Assembly: GCA_038087875.1 (NCBI GenBank)
Contig: CM075988.1
Location: 7,008,001-7,072,000 of the forward strand
Origin: Malacoraja senta
Taxonomy: Eukaryota
DNA length: 64,000 nt
Reading direction: 5' to 3'
Notes under the pieces: generated by a model
The model's database searches: none
What the model saw: the letters and a program-made list of their open reading frames with translations, nothing else
Told to the model about the DNA's origin: nothing
In this document: piece by piece, positions 62,100-64,000 of the stretch
How positions within the stretch are numbered: position 1 is the first letter of the stretch
How the letters are laid out: every line of letters starts with the position of its first letter
Translations under genes and position numbers: made by a program

Positions 62100-63150
62100 A
62101 TCGGCAACAGCCAATTGCTGGTTTCAATACGGCTTGAAGGGGGAAGAGAAAAGATTTTGTTGGCTGGAAATCCCACCCACCCACTGCAGAATCTGCACTC
62201 TGATTACTTCCATTGGCTGCTCGTTTATCTTGCGTCAGTTTCAGCCGGTCACATGCGAGCCGGTCGCTGGTGACTCGCCCTGAAGCTCGCAGTGGTGACA
62301 AATAACAAGCACCCTGTATGCGATTCAGACCTTCTCAGTGTTCACCTGATCAGTGCCGGAAGCCTGGTTCCAGCATCTGCGGCTCCTCGTCTCCACGCCT
62401 GCACATTTGTCATCGCGTTTGGCCGGAATAATGCATTGTTCCCATGTAATTTGTTACATCACCGGGGCCCTATGGATACAGCAGCGGCTTTAAATCAGAC
62501 CAGGCTTCAATCACGGCTGAAGACGCTCTCGGCGCTTTCCTTAGGCTGGGAGAGCCTTGGACCCTAAAAGCGAGGCAGAAAGACCAGGAACTGCAGCGGG
62601 ATTTTTTTCAGGAGGGAGCCTTGTTTATTTCTGTTTAAACCCTGTTTATTTCTGTCCTGGGTATTGTCGCCGGTAGCGAATGGATCATGCGCTCCGCTGT
62701 GCCTCCGGGGATTCGTTGTATCCAGGCATTCACCAGAGACAGCTGGTAAGCGTCGGTCCATTGTCTGGGCGAGGATTATCTGGGTGTCAGTTTTCATTTG
62801 TGCGCGCTCTCTCTCTCTCTCTCCCCGCTACGGATTTAACCCATCCTTCCAGGGGAAGATGTGGGTCCGGTCTTGCGCGACACCTTGTCTTCCACTGTGG
62901 CCCTCGGCCTCCGTCTCTATATTCCCCTCGGTCCACTCTGCCTGGCTCCTGCTGTCTGTCCAACACCACGCTGTTATCTCTGGGGCGAGCAAGCGTTTAT
63001 GTTGCCCACGGGAGTTGAACAAACAATATTTTCACTTTCGAGCGACCTGTCATAAATGCTCTGACATGCGGGTTCACCGCCCGCGGGTTACATTACCCCC
63101 TTCCCACTATCGCTCAAAACAGATTGGTTTTCACCTTAGCTGCCTGCCCC
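62100..63150 (+). promoter_or_regulatory. CpG-enriched promoter / 5' UTR region of SLC37A2
   Basis: Non-repetitive CpG-rich sequence around the first coding exon; CCAAT motifs near 62111 and 62212, TGCGTCA near 62231. Confidence 0.6.
62687..62745 (+). CDS. SLC37A2: SLC37A2 (glucose-6-phosphate exchanger) first coding exon; gene continues beyond the window
   Basis: MRSAVPPGIRCIQAFTRDS(W) |gtaagc, 59 nt, versus the recalled human MRSSLAPGVWFFRAFSRDSW. Lies directly downstream of CCDC15, as in human. Confidence 0.85.
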
Positions 63151-63574
63151 GCTGACTTACTCCAGGAATTTGTTTCTTTCTTCGGTATAAACCAGCATCT
63201 GCAATTCCTTCCTACACATTGGTTTTGACCTTGTTGGTCTGTTACTTTATTAACTGAAGTATCTAAAGGTTCAGACTCCAAGGCTACTGGCTCGACAGGA
63301 GGAGACGTTCTCTCTTTTCCACCACAAAATTATTTGTTCTGGCTTGCCTAAAGATTTCAACAGCTGGTAAAAAGAATATCATTTGTTAAGTCTCAAGCCT
63401 TTAATTGGAGGAAATTTCCACTCCATCTGGTTTGTGCCATTGAAGTAGGGCGCAGATTGAAACGGAGACAGCAACTTGGGATTTGTTTCTCCATTGGGGG
63501 ATTTGTGGGATATCTTCCAATAACATTACGAGGATGTTGGCAGTACTCAAGGGCCTGAGCTGTAGGGAGTAGTT

Positions 63575-63990
63575 GAACACGCCAGGACTCTATTCCTTGG
63601 AGTGCAGGAAGATAAGGGGTGATCTTATAGAAGTGTACAAAATTGTGAGAAGATAGATTGGGTAAACACACAGTATCTCTTGCCTAGAGTAGGGAAATCG
63701 AGAACCAGAGGACATGGGTTTATGGTGAGGGGGGGGGGGTGGGGGGAGATTTAATATGAATCTGAGGGTTAACTTTTTTAAGCAAAGGGTGGTGGGTATG
63801 GAATGTGCTGCTGGAGGAGGTAGTTGAGGCACTATCGCAATATTTAAGAGACATTTAGGCAGGTACATGGATAGGATCGGTTTAAAGAGATATGGGCCAA
63901 ACGCAGGCAGGTAGGACCAGTGTAGATGGGACACGTTGGTCGGTGTGGGTAAGATGGGCCTGTTTCCACGCTGTGTGACTTTATGACTAA
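63575..63990 (+). mobile_element. CR1/HER1 3' fragment
   Basis: Typical CR1 3' ORF and UTR sequence ending GGGCCTGTTTCCACGCTGTGTGACT. Confidence 0.8.
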
Positions 63991-64000
63991 CCAATTGCTC

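Noticed and set aside
62664..63155. 163-aa and 112-aa ORFs over the SLC37A2 start
   Set aside because: Wrong frames. The homologous frame starts at 62687 and is spliced at 62746.

Overview
This is eukaryotic, repeat-dense vertebrate genomic DNA. The HE1-type V-SINEs and HER1/CR1 LINEs point to a cartilaginous fish, probably a skate or ray (inference). The window holds one complete 10-exon gene on the + strand, CCDC15 (ATG 9981 to TAA 44145; 1458-nt CDS, 485 aa; all introns GT-AG with matching phases), and the first coding exon of SLC37A2 (62687-62745), the same order as in human. Most of the rest is transposon-derived: CR1, Rex1/Babar (one copy with an uninterrupted ORF of about 800 codons), Penelope-like fragments with minimal hammerhead motifs, V-SINEs, Harbinger MITEs, a 2.7-kb TIR element, a non-autonomous Helitron in intron 8, a deleted Gypsy LTR element just past the CCDC15 3' end, and a 5'-inverted Vingi insertion. 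The most unusual structures are: (1) an 11-kb tandem array of six ~1.88-kb units whose every junction carries a ~120-bp piece matching the neighbouring Gypsy gag; (2) two tiny TIR remnants (36 and 24 bp), each between perfect 8-bp target duplications, upstream of SLC37A2, resembling P-element excision footprints; (3) a Helitron carrying a TATA/Inr promoter, ATG and splice donor in frame with CCDC15 exon 9. There is one 200-N assembly gap. Gene and family names come from recalled motif similarity, not from a database search.
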